In this document: in pieces, positions 27,383 through 35,990 of the stretch
Layout of the letters: the number at the start of each line of letters is the position of its first letter
Position numbering within the stretch: the first letter of the stretch is position 1
DNA from: an uncultured Lachnospiraceae bacterium
Lineage (GTDB): Bacteria > Bacillota > Clostridia > Lachnospirales > Lachnospiraceae
Direction of reading: 5' to 3'
DNA: 64,000 nt
Assembly (NCBI GenBank): GCA_910587095.1
Contig: CAJUMJ010000041.1
Coordinates: 30,028-94,027 of the forward strand
Translations under genes and position numbers: made by a program
The notes under the pieces: generated by a model
Told to the model about the DNA's origin: nothing
Seen by the model: only the letters and a program-made list of their open reading frames with translations
The model's database searches: none

Positions 27383-28864
27383 TCAAAAGCAAATAGGCTC
27401 CACATCCTCACCGAGCGGTTTCATTTCATATTCCGGCAGACTGTCCAACAATTCTTCCAGACAAAGGGTTGTGCTCCCGACCACGTCATGGGCGAGAAGA
27501 ACGACTTTATCCCGTCCGAGTGTCGTCGATACGCCGTTTTCTATCAAACGCTTCGGATCCGGGTTTTTGACCGCGTCCTCCAGACTGGCGTTCCAGTCGT
27601 AATATATGTAGCCTCTTTCGGTCATCTCCCGGATGATGGCCTTGCCCGTTTTCCTGTTAAAATCGTTTACACTGCCGCCCGGGAAGCGAAACAGGTTTGT
27701 CTCCACCCCGGTCACTTCGTACACGGTCTGTCTCGCCTTTTCAAAATCCGCCACATAACTGTCCACACTCGCATACAAGGCGTCGTAATCATGGTTATCA
27801 CAGTGAATACCGATTGTATGTCCCTCCGCCACGATCTGGCGCGCCACCTCAGGATGCTGTCTCACATTCTCTCCCACCAGAAAAAATGTCGCCTTGATAT
27901 CCCGCTCCCGCAATATTTCAAGCACCTTCCTGGTGTTTTCCACGGAAGGCCCGTCGTCAAAAGTCAGGTACATGGTCTTTGGATGGAAATAATAGGAAAT
28001 ACCCTGTACAATACCGTCTGCGATCCGCTGCTGGTAATTTGCGAGGCTGAGTTTCCTTCGCTCCGCCTTGTTGGAGAGAAATCCTGTCTCAATCAGACAG
28101 GCGGGCATGGATGTGTTTTTCGTCACATAAAAATCCGCGTCGCTCCGCAGCTCACGCTCTGCGGCTTCCGTACTTTTTAAAGTCTGCTGCCTGATCAACT
28201 GTGCAAGTCTCCTGCTGCCTGTCCGATCATCATCCGCCGTATACCACACTTCCATCCCGTTCACCCCGGCGCCTTCTTCCGTGGCGTTCTGATGAATGCT
28301 GATATAGATATCCACCCCTGACCGGTTCGCTTCCTCCACGCGCGCTTCCTTCGCCACGTAGGTATCCGCCTCTCTGGACATGATCACCTGGTATCCCTTT
28401 TCTTTTAGCTGATCCCTCACAAGCAGAGCGATGGCCAGATTCAGATCCTTTTCCCGGACGCCTCCTCTGGCGCAGCCCTCGTCCGTGCCGCCATGACCCG
28501 GATCCAGATAGACTGTCGGAATATGCGCTGCCGTCTCCCGCGCGCTCTCATTCCCGTCGGAAACCGCCGCCTGCGCCATCGCAAGAACAAGAGGCAGCGC
28601 GGTTTGTTCTTGCCGTATCAGCTCTGTTCCTTCCCCCTCCATAGGCAGATCCGCCGTCTTCTCCTCTCCCGCACTCCACAGCTTCCCCGTCAAAGCCAGG
28701 ACGCCGCCCGCCGCGGCAAGCTTTACCGACAGCATTACGGTCAGACTGACGATACACACTGCAGCGCCCAGCGCGTATATCCTTCTGTGCTGCCGCCTCT
28801 TCCTCTGCTCCCTCGTCTCATAACCACAGACATATTCCCAGGTAAATGATGTTCCTCCGTACAT
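27383..28864 (-). CDS. Membrane-anchored fusion: N-acetylmuramoyl-L-alanine amidase (Amidase_3) plus polysaccharide deacetylase (NodB)
   Basis: The amidase part shows LDPGHGGTDEG and ISIHQNA motifs. The deacetylase part shows TFDDGP, GHTIGIH and LFRFPGG motifs. There is one TM helix near the N-terminus. Start set at the ATG at 28864 (GAGAGGAG RBS). Confidence 0.8.
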   Translation of the reverse strand: MYGGTSFTWEYVCGYETREQRKRRQHRRIYALGAAVCIVSLTVMLSVKLAAAGGVLALTGKLWSAGEEKTADLPMEGEGTELIRQEQTALPLVLAMAQAAVSDGNESARETAAHIPTVYLDPGHGGTDEGCARGGVREKDLNLAIALLVRDQLKEKGYQVIMSREADTYVAKEARVEEANRSGVDIYISIHQNATEEGAGVNGMEVWYTADDDRTGSRRLAQLIRQQTLKSTEAAERELRSDADFYVTKNTSMPACLIETGFLSNKAERRKLSLANYQQRIADGIVQGISYYFHPKTMYLTFDDGPSVENTRKVLEILRERDIKATFFLVGENVRQHPEVARQIVAEGHTIGIHCDNHDYDALYASVDSYVADFEKARQTVYEVTGVETNLFRFPGGSVNDFNRKTGKAIIREMTERGYIYYDWNASLEDAVKNPDPKRLIENGVSTTLGRDKVVLLAHDVVGSTTLCLEELLDSLPEYEMKPLGEDVEPICF

Positions 28865-28903
28865 ATCCGATGCTCCTCTCTCGTATACTGTGCAAACTCG
28901 CAC

Positions 28904-28985
28904 GGAGAATGCCTGCTATCAGGCATTCTCCTATGTGAGAAAAGTCCGCTTTGCAGACTTGGTACTTCCTGTACCTCTCACATTT
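28904..28985. repeat. Element B: homologue of element A (GGAGAATGCC hairpin plus GTGAGA...TCTCAC compound hairpin) in the 5' leader of the amidase-deacetylase gene
   Basis: Hand alignment to 15775-15870. The two share GGAGAATGCC-N8-GGCATTCTCC, GTGAGA, GGAAGTAC and AAGTCT blocks in the same orientation. Confidence 0.7.
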
Positions 28986-29001
28986 AGCATATAAAAGAGG
29001 A

Positions 29002-29062
29002 GCATCATAGTTTCATCTAAGTTGCATCAAATACCCATAATATTTGCATCAAATTTGCATCA
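29002..29062. promoter_or_regulatory. Six 11-bp-phased boxes (GCATCA, TCATCT, GCATCA, CCATAA, GCATCA, GCATCA); putative response-regulator binding array
   Basis: Box starts are 29002, 29013, 29024, 29035, 29046 and 29057, an exact 11-bp period. Three boxes extend to TTGCATCA. The proximal box sits where a -35 would be relative to a TATATG/TATGCT -10-like sequence (~28985-28995, minus strand). Confidence 0.55.
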
Positions 29063-29890
29063 TCGGGACACTTTCAGGAACAGTTCATTGATCCCCTCGT
29101 AGAATCCCACTGTCACCACCGTCTGCCCGCTGCCCATCCCCGGGAAGACATATTTGCGAAAATACGGCGTCGTCTCCAGAAGCGGATTGTCCGACTCAAA
29201 AGACGAAGGTTCGCCAAGTCCCATGTATGCCGCCCAGTCCGCCGCCAACGCGTCCGCATCAATATCCTCCCAAAGAAGCGGCGTCCTCACATAAAATTCA
29301 TATATTTTTCCGTCGTCCGCGTCGATATAGGCGTCCATCAGACGGTTTGCCTTATCCGCGTTTTTCTGTGAATTGGACAGGCTCATCTTCCAGACCGCCA
29401 CATTGTTGCGCGGCTCCAGCACATCGATCGCCGAGTAGAGCATCACGTCGTAGGAGGACGCATCCACATCCCTCACCTGCAAGGGCAATATTCCCTTTTC
29501 CTTAAGCAGTTTAAGCTCCTCATTGCATGTGGCATAAATCTGCTCGTCCGTGATCTCCCTGCCGGACGGCCCCCTGCGGTTTACCACAAAAGCGTAGGAA
29601 CCTTCCGGTTCCTGATAGTCCACCTCCGCATCCGCTTCATGCGTCATTGCGCTCGTCTCGCTCTCCGGGAACGCCTGGCTGCTCAGACAGCAGGACAGAA
29701 TATAGAGTTTCTCGTTGCTGTTCATCTGATAGCGGTAGCCCTCCCCGGCGTTTTCCACGCTTTCCGTATGCGGGTTGTCCAGAATCCCCTGGTCCTTATA
29801 CTCCGCAAGCGCCTCCGGCCCCCATATGGAAATAAACATGGCGATCGCCGCCAGTAACGGGGCCGCCAGATAATATACTTTATTCTTCAT
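29060..29890 (-). CDS. Secreted or membrane-anchored hypothetical protein downstream of the histidine kinase
   Basis: 276 aa with an N-terminal signal-like helix and no recognisable motif. Confidence 0.5.
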   Translation of the reverse strand: MKNKVYYLAAPLLAAIAMFISIWGPEALAEYKDQGILDNPHTESVENAGEGYRYQMNSNEKLYILSCCLSSQAFPESETSAMTHEADAEVDYQEPEGSYAFVVNRRGPSGREITDEQIYATCNEELKLLKEKGILPLQVRDVDASSYDVMLYSAIDVLEPRNNVAVWKMSLSNSQKNADKANRLMDAYIDADDGKIYEFYVRTPLLWEDIDADALAADWAAYMGLGEPSSFESDNPLLETTPYFRKYVFPGMGSGQTVVTVGFYEGINELFLKVSR

Positions 29891-29923
29891 TTCTTGTATT
29901 CTCCACGGATATCTAAAAAAAGA

Positions 29924-31462
29924 CTATGGCAGAAGGAAGCTGAAACAGGAGCCTTCCCCTTCTTTACTCTCGATCCGTAATTCGCTGTGATGTATCTTTA
30001 AAAACTCCGCGCAAAGCGCCAGTCCGAGCCCCGACCCGTTCTTGCTTCTCGCCCTGGACTTGTCCACCATGTAAAACGCCTTGACGATCTTATTCTGTTC
30101 CGCCTCGGGTATGCCGATGCCGTAGTCTTTCACCGCGATCCTGTAGCCGCCGTCGACCACCTGCCCTGTCACCTCGACCACGCCCGTCCTGCCGCCGGAT
30201 ACCGACGCCTCGGACACACCGACCATATCAGCCCTCTTCTGGTCTGCCGCCTTGCCGCCTATTCCGTCCACACCCGCCATGCCAGAACCTGCGCTATCCA
30301 TCGCAACCTTACTGTCCGCCTTCGGTGCTGCGTTACTCTCCGAAGCCTTGCAGGCATTATCGATCAGATTGACCAGCACCGTCTTGATCAGATTCGCTTC
30401 CATCCACACCACGGCTTCCTCGCACACAAAGCGGATATCCGTGTCCTTTTTCTCCGCAAACATTTCCCGCAAGTATGCAAACAATTCGCCCACCGAAGTC
30501 TCCTGCAGATTCGCCTCATCCTGCTTTGCCACGATGATATCCAGAAGGCGAAATGACATTGCCTCTAAACGTTTTCCTTCCGTATAGATATAATTTGCAG
30601 ACATGATGCTCTTTTCCTCATCCAGCTTGTGGGAGCGCAGCATGTCCGCATATCCGATAATAGCCGTCAGAGGCGTCTTCAATTCATGGGCAAACGCGCC
30701 CATGAACTCCTCTCTCGCTTCGATCTCCTCCTCCAGCTTGCATATATTTTCTTCCAGCGCATTTGCCATCCTGTTAAAATCCCCGGTGAGCTGCCCCAGC
30801 TCATCCCGACTGATCTGTCTGGCGCGGTACGTGTAATCCCCCGCCGCCATTTCTCTGGTCGCCCTGGTCAGCAGGCGGATCGGCTTCGTCAGCAAGGATG
30901 CGATAAACAGCATGATGACCGTAGCGGTCAACAGTATGACCACCGTCACTTTCCGATACAGGGAAAAACCAAGGGCGCGTTCTGTGAACACCCCCGTCAC
31001 ATCTTTCATCGTCTCCAGGTACAGGATCCGGTTCAGCGCGTTGACAGATACGCAGGTGTGCACATAGAAACTGTCCTGCGCCCGAATCACGCGATAAGAT
31101 TTGGTATGCTGATCCGTCTGCAAAAGCAGTCCCTCATCCGCGCTAAACCCGCCGCTCGTATACAGTACGTTCTTCTCCTCGTCCGCGATCCGAAGGAGTC
31201 GCCCGCCGCCCTGTCCGCCCATTTCCAGCTTGGAGGCGATCTCCTCCACCACGCTGTCGGGCAGGACGCTGTACTTTAAGGGCACGTTCAAAGCCGCCGT
31301 CTCAAAGGCAAAGCTCAGGATGCTGCTCTCGTCGAGCGCCTGTCCCACCTCTCTGTCCAACGAAGTCTCGAACACATAGTTTACAAAATAAAAGCCGCTG
31401 AATCCAAGCGCCAGCGCCAGCACGATCATGGTAGACAGCACTAACTTGATTGAAAATTTCAT
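29924..31462 (-). CDS. Sensor histidine kinase (two TM helices, HAMP, HisKA, HATPase_c)
   Basis: H-box FAHELKTPLT, N-box LIDNACKAS and G-boxes DYGIGI / GSGLGL. It overlaps the RR gene by 4 nt. Confidence 0.85.
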   Translation of the reverse strand: MKFSIKLVLSTMIVLALALGFSGFYFVNYVFETSLDREVGQALDESSILSFAFETAALNVPLKYSVLPDSVVEEIASKLEMGGQGGGRLLRIADEEKNVLYTSGGFSADEGLLLQTDQHTKSYRVIRAQDSFYVHTCVSVNALNRILYLETMKDVTGVFTERALGFSLYRKVTVVILLTATVIMLFIASLLTKPIRLLTRATREMAAGDYTYRARQISRDELGQLTGDFNRMANALEENICKLEEEIEAREEFMGAFAHELKTPLTAIIGYADMLRSHKLDEEKSIMSANYIYTEGKRLEAMSFRLLDIIVAKQDEANLQETSVGELFAYLREMFAEKKDTDIRFVCEEAVVWMEANLIKTVLVNLIDNACKASESNAAPKADSKVAMDSAGSGMAGVDGIGGKAADQKRADMVGVSEASVSGGRTGVVEVTGQVVDGGYRIAVKDYGIGIPEAEQNKIVKAFYMVDKSRARSKNGSGLGLALCAEFLKIHHSELRIESKEGEGSCFSFLLP

Positions 31463-32118
31463 TCCTGCACCTCTAAGCGGTATCCCACCTTGTACACCGC
31501 TACCAGATTATGCTCCCACCCCAGTTTTTTTCTAAGGCGCTGTACATGCAGATCCAATGTGCGGCTGTCCGCCAGGTATTCCCCTTCCCACACCTTCTCA
31601 TACAAGGTTTCCCGAAACAGGGCGACGTTCTTATTTTTCATAAAAAGAAGCAGAAGACCGAACTCTTTATTCGTCAGTTCCACGGGACGTCCCGCTTTCG
31701 TCACCCTGCGCGCGTCCACATCTACCGTCACGTCTCCCGCCACAAGATGCTGTTCCGCCTTGTTGTAACGTCTAAGCACCGCCTCCACCCTCGCCACCAG
31801 TTCCACCACTTCGAAAGGCTTCACCAGATAGTCGTCGGCGCCCAGTTTCAGTCCCTTCACCCTGTGCTTTACCTCATGCTTGGCAGTGATAAAAATCACC
31901 GGAATCCCCAAAGGCCGTATGTACTCCATCACGTCATATCCGTCCGCCCCCGGCAGCATAATATCCAGAAGAACCAGTTCAAACTCTTCCTTCTCTATCA
32001 GGTCAATCGCCTGCAGACCATCCTGCACCGCCGTACAGTGATACCCAGCGGAAGAAAGATTTAAGTCGATCAAATCACAGATCGGTTTCTCATCGTCTAC
32101 AATCAGTATCTTAATCAT
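31459..32118 (-). CDS. OmpR/PhoB-family response regulator
   Basis: The receiver domain has DD...D...K residues and the C-terminus is a winged helix (VYKVGYRL). Confidence 0.9.
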   Translation of the reverse strand: MIKILIVDDEKPICDLIDLNLSSAGYHCTAVQDGLQAIDLIEKEEFELVLLDIMLPGADGYDVMEYIRPLGIPVIFITAKHEVKHRVKGLKLGADDYLVKPFEVVELVARVEAVLRRYNKAEQHLVAGDVTVDVDARRVTKAGRPVELTNKEFGLLLLFMKNKNVALFRETLYEKVWEGEYLADSRTLDLHVQRLRKKLGWEHNLVAVYKVGYRLEVQE

Positions 32119-33220
32119 CTGTGGACTGCCACCCCCAATAAGCCCGCGCTTTCTCTACCAGTATCTCCATCGTGTCCTCGTCGCTGCACCGATAGGTATC
32201 CCTGATTTCCGTATCCGGCTCAAATCCTCCGGTTCTCTGATAGTAGATCCGGTAATCGCTCTCAATGAGAAGCGCCCCGTCCGCCCCCTCATAGCTGTAC
32301 CTCGCAAGAACCACGATATCCTTGAGTCCGTCCCCGTCGATGTCCCGGCAAGTGACACCCTTGAGCGCATAGAGGTTGTCATACGCTCCCATCGGCTGCA
32401 AAACCGATATAATATCTCCCTGCTCGTTCACGAGATAAATCATAAAAATGTCATAATCCGCGATCCGGTATATTCCCGGCGTCACCTGCAGTTTGCCGAG
32501 CTTCCCGAATGTCCGCAGATAACACTGCTCGGGAATGACCCGGAAACGGTTTCGCAAAAGCTCCTGCAAGGTGGTCGCCGTGTACAGAAATTCCGTGGAA
32601 TCCCCGTCCCTTACAAACGCTGCGATGGCTTCCGCGCTCTTATTCATGCCAAAGCGGTTGATCTTTTCCGAAATGCGATAATCCCTGTAAAAGCCGCTCC
32701 CCTCCCGATCCCGGAAAAGCACGTCCCCGACCTTGTAAGTCCCGCCGGCATAATCGTCGCTCTCATTGGCACAGGAAGTAATGAGAACGATATCCGTCCT
32801 GCCATCCCGGTTCAGATCCTGAAAGGAAACCGCCGCAATGGACTGTACCGGCTGCCTCATCTGCCCCCTGGCACAGTAATTAGTCTCCAACTGTTCCGTC
32901 CGGTAGAGTATACGCCCGTCCGCATCCACTATAAAAAGCGCCAGCCGGTTATACAGCTCGTCAAAAGCCGGCACCATCAAATCGCCGTCCACCGCATCCG
33001 GCTCCAAAGAAAAAACCTGGTCTTCCACCACCCTGAAGCCGCCGTCCGCTATCCCGTCACGACTCTCGATGGACATGAAACGGTTAACGTATGTCTCGTA
33101 CTCCTCCAGCACGGTATTCCCGGCCGCCCCCGCCGGAGATGCCTGTACAGTCTCAATACAAAGCAGACACCAGACAAACGCCGCCAGGACAGACACGCTC
33201 ATGTATCCACATCTTTTCAT
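32111..33220 (-). CDS. Secreted protein with FG-GAP/VCBS-like DxDxDG loops
   Basis: Loops DLNRDGRTDIVL and DIDGDGLKDIVV, with a signal peptide. Start set at MKRCGYM (AGGAG RBS). It overlaps the RR start by 8 nt. Confidence 0.5.
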   Translation of the reverse strand: MKRCGYMSVSVLAAFVWCLLCIETVQASPAGAAGNTVLEEYETYVNRFMSIESRDGIADGGFRVVEDQVFSLEPDAVDGDLMVPAFDELYNRLALFIVDADGRILYRTEQLETNYCARGQMRQPVQSIAAVSFQDLNRDGRTDIVLITSCANESDDYAGGTYKVGDVLFRDREGSGFYRDYRISEKINRFGMNKSAEAIAAFVRDGDSTEFLYTATTLQELLRNRFRVIPEQCYLRTFGKLGKLQVTPGIYRIADYDIFMIYLVNEQGDIISVLQPMGAYDNLYALKGVTCRDIDGDGLKDIVVLARYSYEGADGALLIESDYRIYYQRTGGFEPDTEIRDTYRCSDEDTMEILVEKARAYWGWQSTDD

Positions 33221-33268
33221 CTGTCGTACTCCTACACTGCATGCTCCCGTGTCAACGCCTTTCACGGA

Positions 33269-35164
33269 CTACTCTTTTTCAAACACCGCTTTAATGTAAA
33301 GCCCGTCCTCCGGGATTTCCAGTTCCAGCCATGTCTCATCGGTTTTCTCGATTCCCGCTCCCCGGTCTACTTCCCATCCCGCAAAGCGATACCCATCCTT
33401 GGCTAAAACCGACACCGTAATCGGATAATCCGTGAAATATTCACCGCTCCATTTTCCGTCTTCTCCGAAAGGAACCGCCCCGCTGTTTAAAACCACGCTT
33501 CCCGCCTCGTTCCCAGTCGTCTCGATCTCCACGGTCGAAAGCGTTCCCGACAGACCGAAGTGCTCCTTCACATACGGCGCGATACATGATTTGCGCCGTT
33601 TTAAAAATTCCCGGATGTTTGTCACTTCCTTGTACAGACGCTGTCCGTCCTCCCCGTAAAATCTGGCAAGATTTTTGTTCAGCGGTTCGCCCATCAGCTC
33701 GAGATAGGAGTCGATAAGCGGCTCCGTGTTTTCCTCCGAAAAAGTGATGTTGGCAAGATCCATCAGCGTGAGTGTAAAGTCCTTTTTAAACTCCTCGCTG
33801 CGGCACAGATTCGTAAAGCCTTCGCTGTGTTCCATCACCCATTTTATCGTGTCGGATTCCACCCTGTCATAAGAAAGGGAACTGGTATTGACGTCAAACA
33901 GCATCCATCTCCACCTGCCGTCCTCAAATCCGCCATCCTCAGACGGCTTCCTTGCCCGCCAAAACGCCTCGTTCGTCCCGGGCCAGTCGACGCAGCTCCC
34001 GATATATATTCCCGTGGCATAATAATCGAGATAACTTCGCACATCGATCAGATAATCAAGCTCTCTGTAATTGGCCGGATCCGTAAAGTCTGTGTCCTTC
34101 AGATGATTCGTTAAAAGAACATACAACGACCAGTCGTCTTCCCTTTCTTTTGTCAACCTGCTGTGCTTGATTGTGATAATATTGTCGTCATCCACACCAT
34201 AACGGTGTTCAATGTACGCATCCGTGTATCTCTCCGTGAGCCAGTAAACGCCCCAGTATTCCCCGTCCAGGAACATGACGCACGGTTTGTAATTCATAGT
34301 GGCAAACGCCTTGTCCTTCGTCAGTGTGGACACGAACATATCGCGGAATTTGGCCACCGCATCCTGCCCGCCCGCCGTCAAAGTAATCGTATCCGGCAAA
34401 TATCCCGTCCCGAACAAATCCACATAAAACCGGCTGGCCGGACCATATTCCTCCCTCGCGTAAAAATTCATACTTTTTGGAAGTCCGCTGCGGCTTGCGC
34501 CTCCCTGAACGCGGATTCCGCAGGATTGTTCCAGAACAGACTTCCGATCCGCGTCAAATAGCTGAATATCCGCGGGCCGCTCCCACGCAAAGCCATGCCG
34601 GCTGAAATTTGCGTTCTCTTCAAGTTCTTCATCATAGCCGTTGCCTAAAACGTAGATCCCCGTGTCCGGGGCAAACAGGTTTTCCGGGGAAGTGACGACG
34701 GACATGATCTGCATATTCCCGTAACCGGTCTTTTTGTCATATCCCACGAAATAGCTCGCTGTTTTTGCCTCGCCGACCTTTCCGTCCGCGTCCAGGTATG
34801 CCGCTCTAACAATGGTGCACTTGTCGACCGGATGATCGGGCAACCGGTAACCCATCATATCCCACATAGAGTTGACAGCAGTGTCAGTTCTCATGGAATG
34901 GACATTCGGATGCGAAGTGGCGTCCTCTATCAAGATGGGTTCCGTGTACAAAAGCGCATTTTCGTCCGGCCGGGAACCGTCCAGCGTATAATAGATTTTT
35001 GCCCCGAACGGCGCGTGCAGTTCCAGCAAAAAAGGCTCCTCGTAGAATCCCGATTCCCTGGAAAAAGTCAGCTCCCTGTAATCGTACCCGTCAAGCCACA
35101 AAAGGAGGACAAGCAAACCGCATATGGACAACAGGCAGGCTAAAGCGCTCCTTCGGCTCATCAT
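33269..35164 (-). CDS. CotH kinase-family protein, paralogue 2, secreted, with flanking Ig-like or carbohydrate-associated domains
   Basis: The core pattern MNYKPCVMFLDGEYWGVYWLTERY is typical of the CotH family. It has an N-terminal signal anchor. Its start overlaps the stop of the upstream DUF4956 gene (ATGA). Confidence 0.75.
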   Translation of the reverse strand: MMSRRSALACLLSICGLLVLLLWLDGYDYRELTFSRESGFYEEPFLLELHAPFGAKIYYTLDGSRPDENALLYTEPILIEDATSHPNVHSMRTDTAVNSMWDMMGYRLPDHPVDKCTIVRAAYLDADGKVGEAKTASYFVGYDKKTGYGNMQIMSVVTSPENLFAPDTGIYVLGNGYDEELEENANFSRHGFAWERPADIQLFDADRKSVLEQSCGIRVQGGASRSGLPKSMNFYAREEYGPASRFYVDLFGTGYLPDTITLTAGGQDAVAKFRDMFVSTLTKDKAFATMNYKPCVMFLDGEYWGVYWLTERYTDAYIEHRYGVDDDNIITIKHSRLTKEREDDWSLYVLLTNHLKDTDFTDPANYRELDYLIDVRSYLDYYATGIYIGSCVDWPGTNEAFWRARKPSEDGGFEDGRWRWMLFDVNTSSLSYDRVESDTIKWVMEHSEGFTNLCRSEEFKKDFTLTLMDLANITFSEENTEPLIDSYLELMGEPLNKNLARFYGEDGQRLYKEVTNIREFLKRRKSCIAPYVKEHFGLSGTLSTVEIETTGNEAGSVVLNSGAVPFGEDGKWSGEYFTDYPITVSVLAKDGYRFAGWEVDRGAGIEKTDETWLELEIPEDGLYIKAVFEKE

Positions 35165-35835
35165 CCTACCGTTTCTCCCGACTCGGCCACCCAGTTTACA
35201 GACTGTATGCCGGGCACGTTCATCAACTCATCTATCATGTCCGGGTTCAGCTCTCCCTTCGTCCTGATCTCATAAATCATCTCTTCATGGGCGGCGTCCC
35301 TGTTTCCCGTCCGTATCCGGCAGCTCACGACAAAAGGTTTCAAAACCTCCTCAAACCGTTTCCTGTCGACAGACGTCCCTTCGCCCGTCACAATCAGGAG
35401 ATATTTATTCCAAATGCCGGGTATCCTGCTGGACAGAATCAACACAGCCGCAATAAACAGCACAGTGGTAACACTCAGCCGGTAGTTGCGCGAGCTCACA
35501 CACAGCCCCTCCGCCATAGCCCAAAATATAAACATGGTGTCGCGGCTGTCCTTGACGGCAGTTCTGAAACGGACGATGGAAAGCGCGCCGACCATCCCGA
35601 GAGAGACTGCGATATTGCTGCTGATCATCATCATGACAATCACGGTAACCAAAAGCATGACCACCAGCGACCAGTTAAATTTTCTGTTGTACGCGATCTT
35701 TTCCGATGTGAGCCAGTAGGTCAGGTAAATGACCATCCCGACCGCCAGACCGCACGACATGATGACAAGCGTTTCCCTGATCCCATACTGTGTGCCGCTT
35801 GTGTAAAAATAATTCAGTACATCTTCTTTTGACAT
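35161..35835 (-). CDS. DUF4956-family integral membrane protein, paralogue 2
   Basis: Four TM helices, the signature LGMVGALSIVRFRTAVKDSRD and a ~85-aa soluble tail. Confidence 0.75.
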   Translation of the reverse strand: MSKEDVLNYFYTSGTQYGIRETLVIMSCGLAVGMVIYLTYWLTSEKIAYNRKFNWSLVVMLLVTVIVMMMISSNIAVSLGMVGALSIVRFRTAVKDSRDTMFIFWAMAEGLCVSSRNYRLSVTTVLFIAAVLILSSRIPGIWNKYLLIVTGEGTSVDRKRFEEVLKPFVVSCRIRTGNRDAAHEEMIYEIRTKGELNPDMIDELMNVPGIQSVNWVAESGETVG

Positions 35836-35840
35836 AACTA

Positions 35841-35983
35841 CTCCGTTCCTGAGCGTTTACGAGACGAGGCGACGTAAATCTCAAATTTACGTCTGCCATC
35901 AAACAAATTTGTGACGCCCGGCACAAATTTGAGTACGAAAAAACAGCGCATCAGCGTGATTTTTCGTACATTTCTCCGTTCCT
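35841..35983. mobile_element. MITE-like insertion: three perfect 9-10-bp hairpins flanked by the 10-bp direct repeat CTCCGTTCCT
   Basis: The direct repeats lie at 35841-35850 and 35974-35983. The hairpins lie at 35871-35893, 35904-35931 and 35933-35969. The paralogous intergenic gap in triad 1 is only 42 bp. Confidence 0.55.
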
Positions 35984-35990
35984 CAATACT

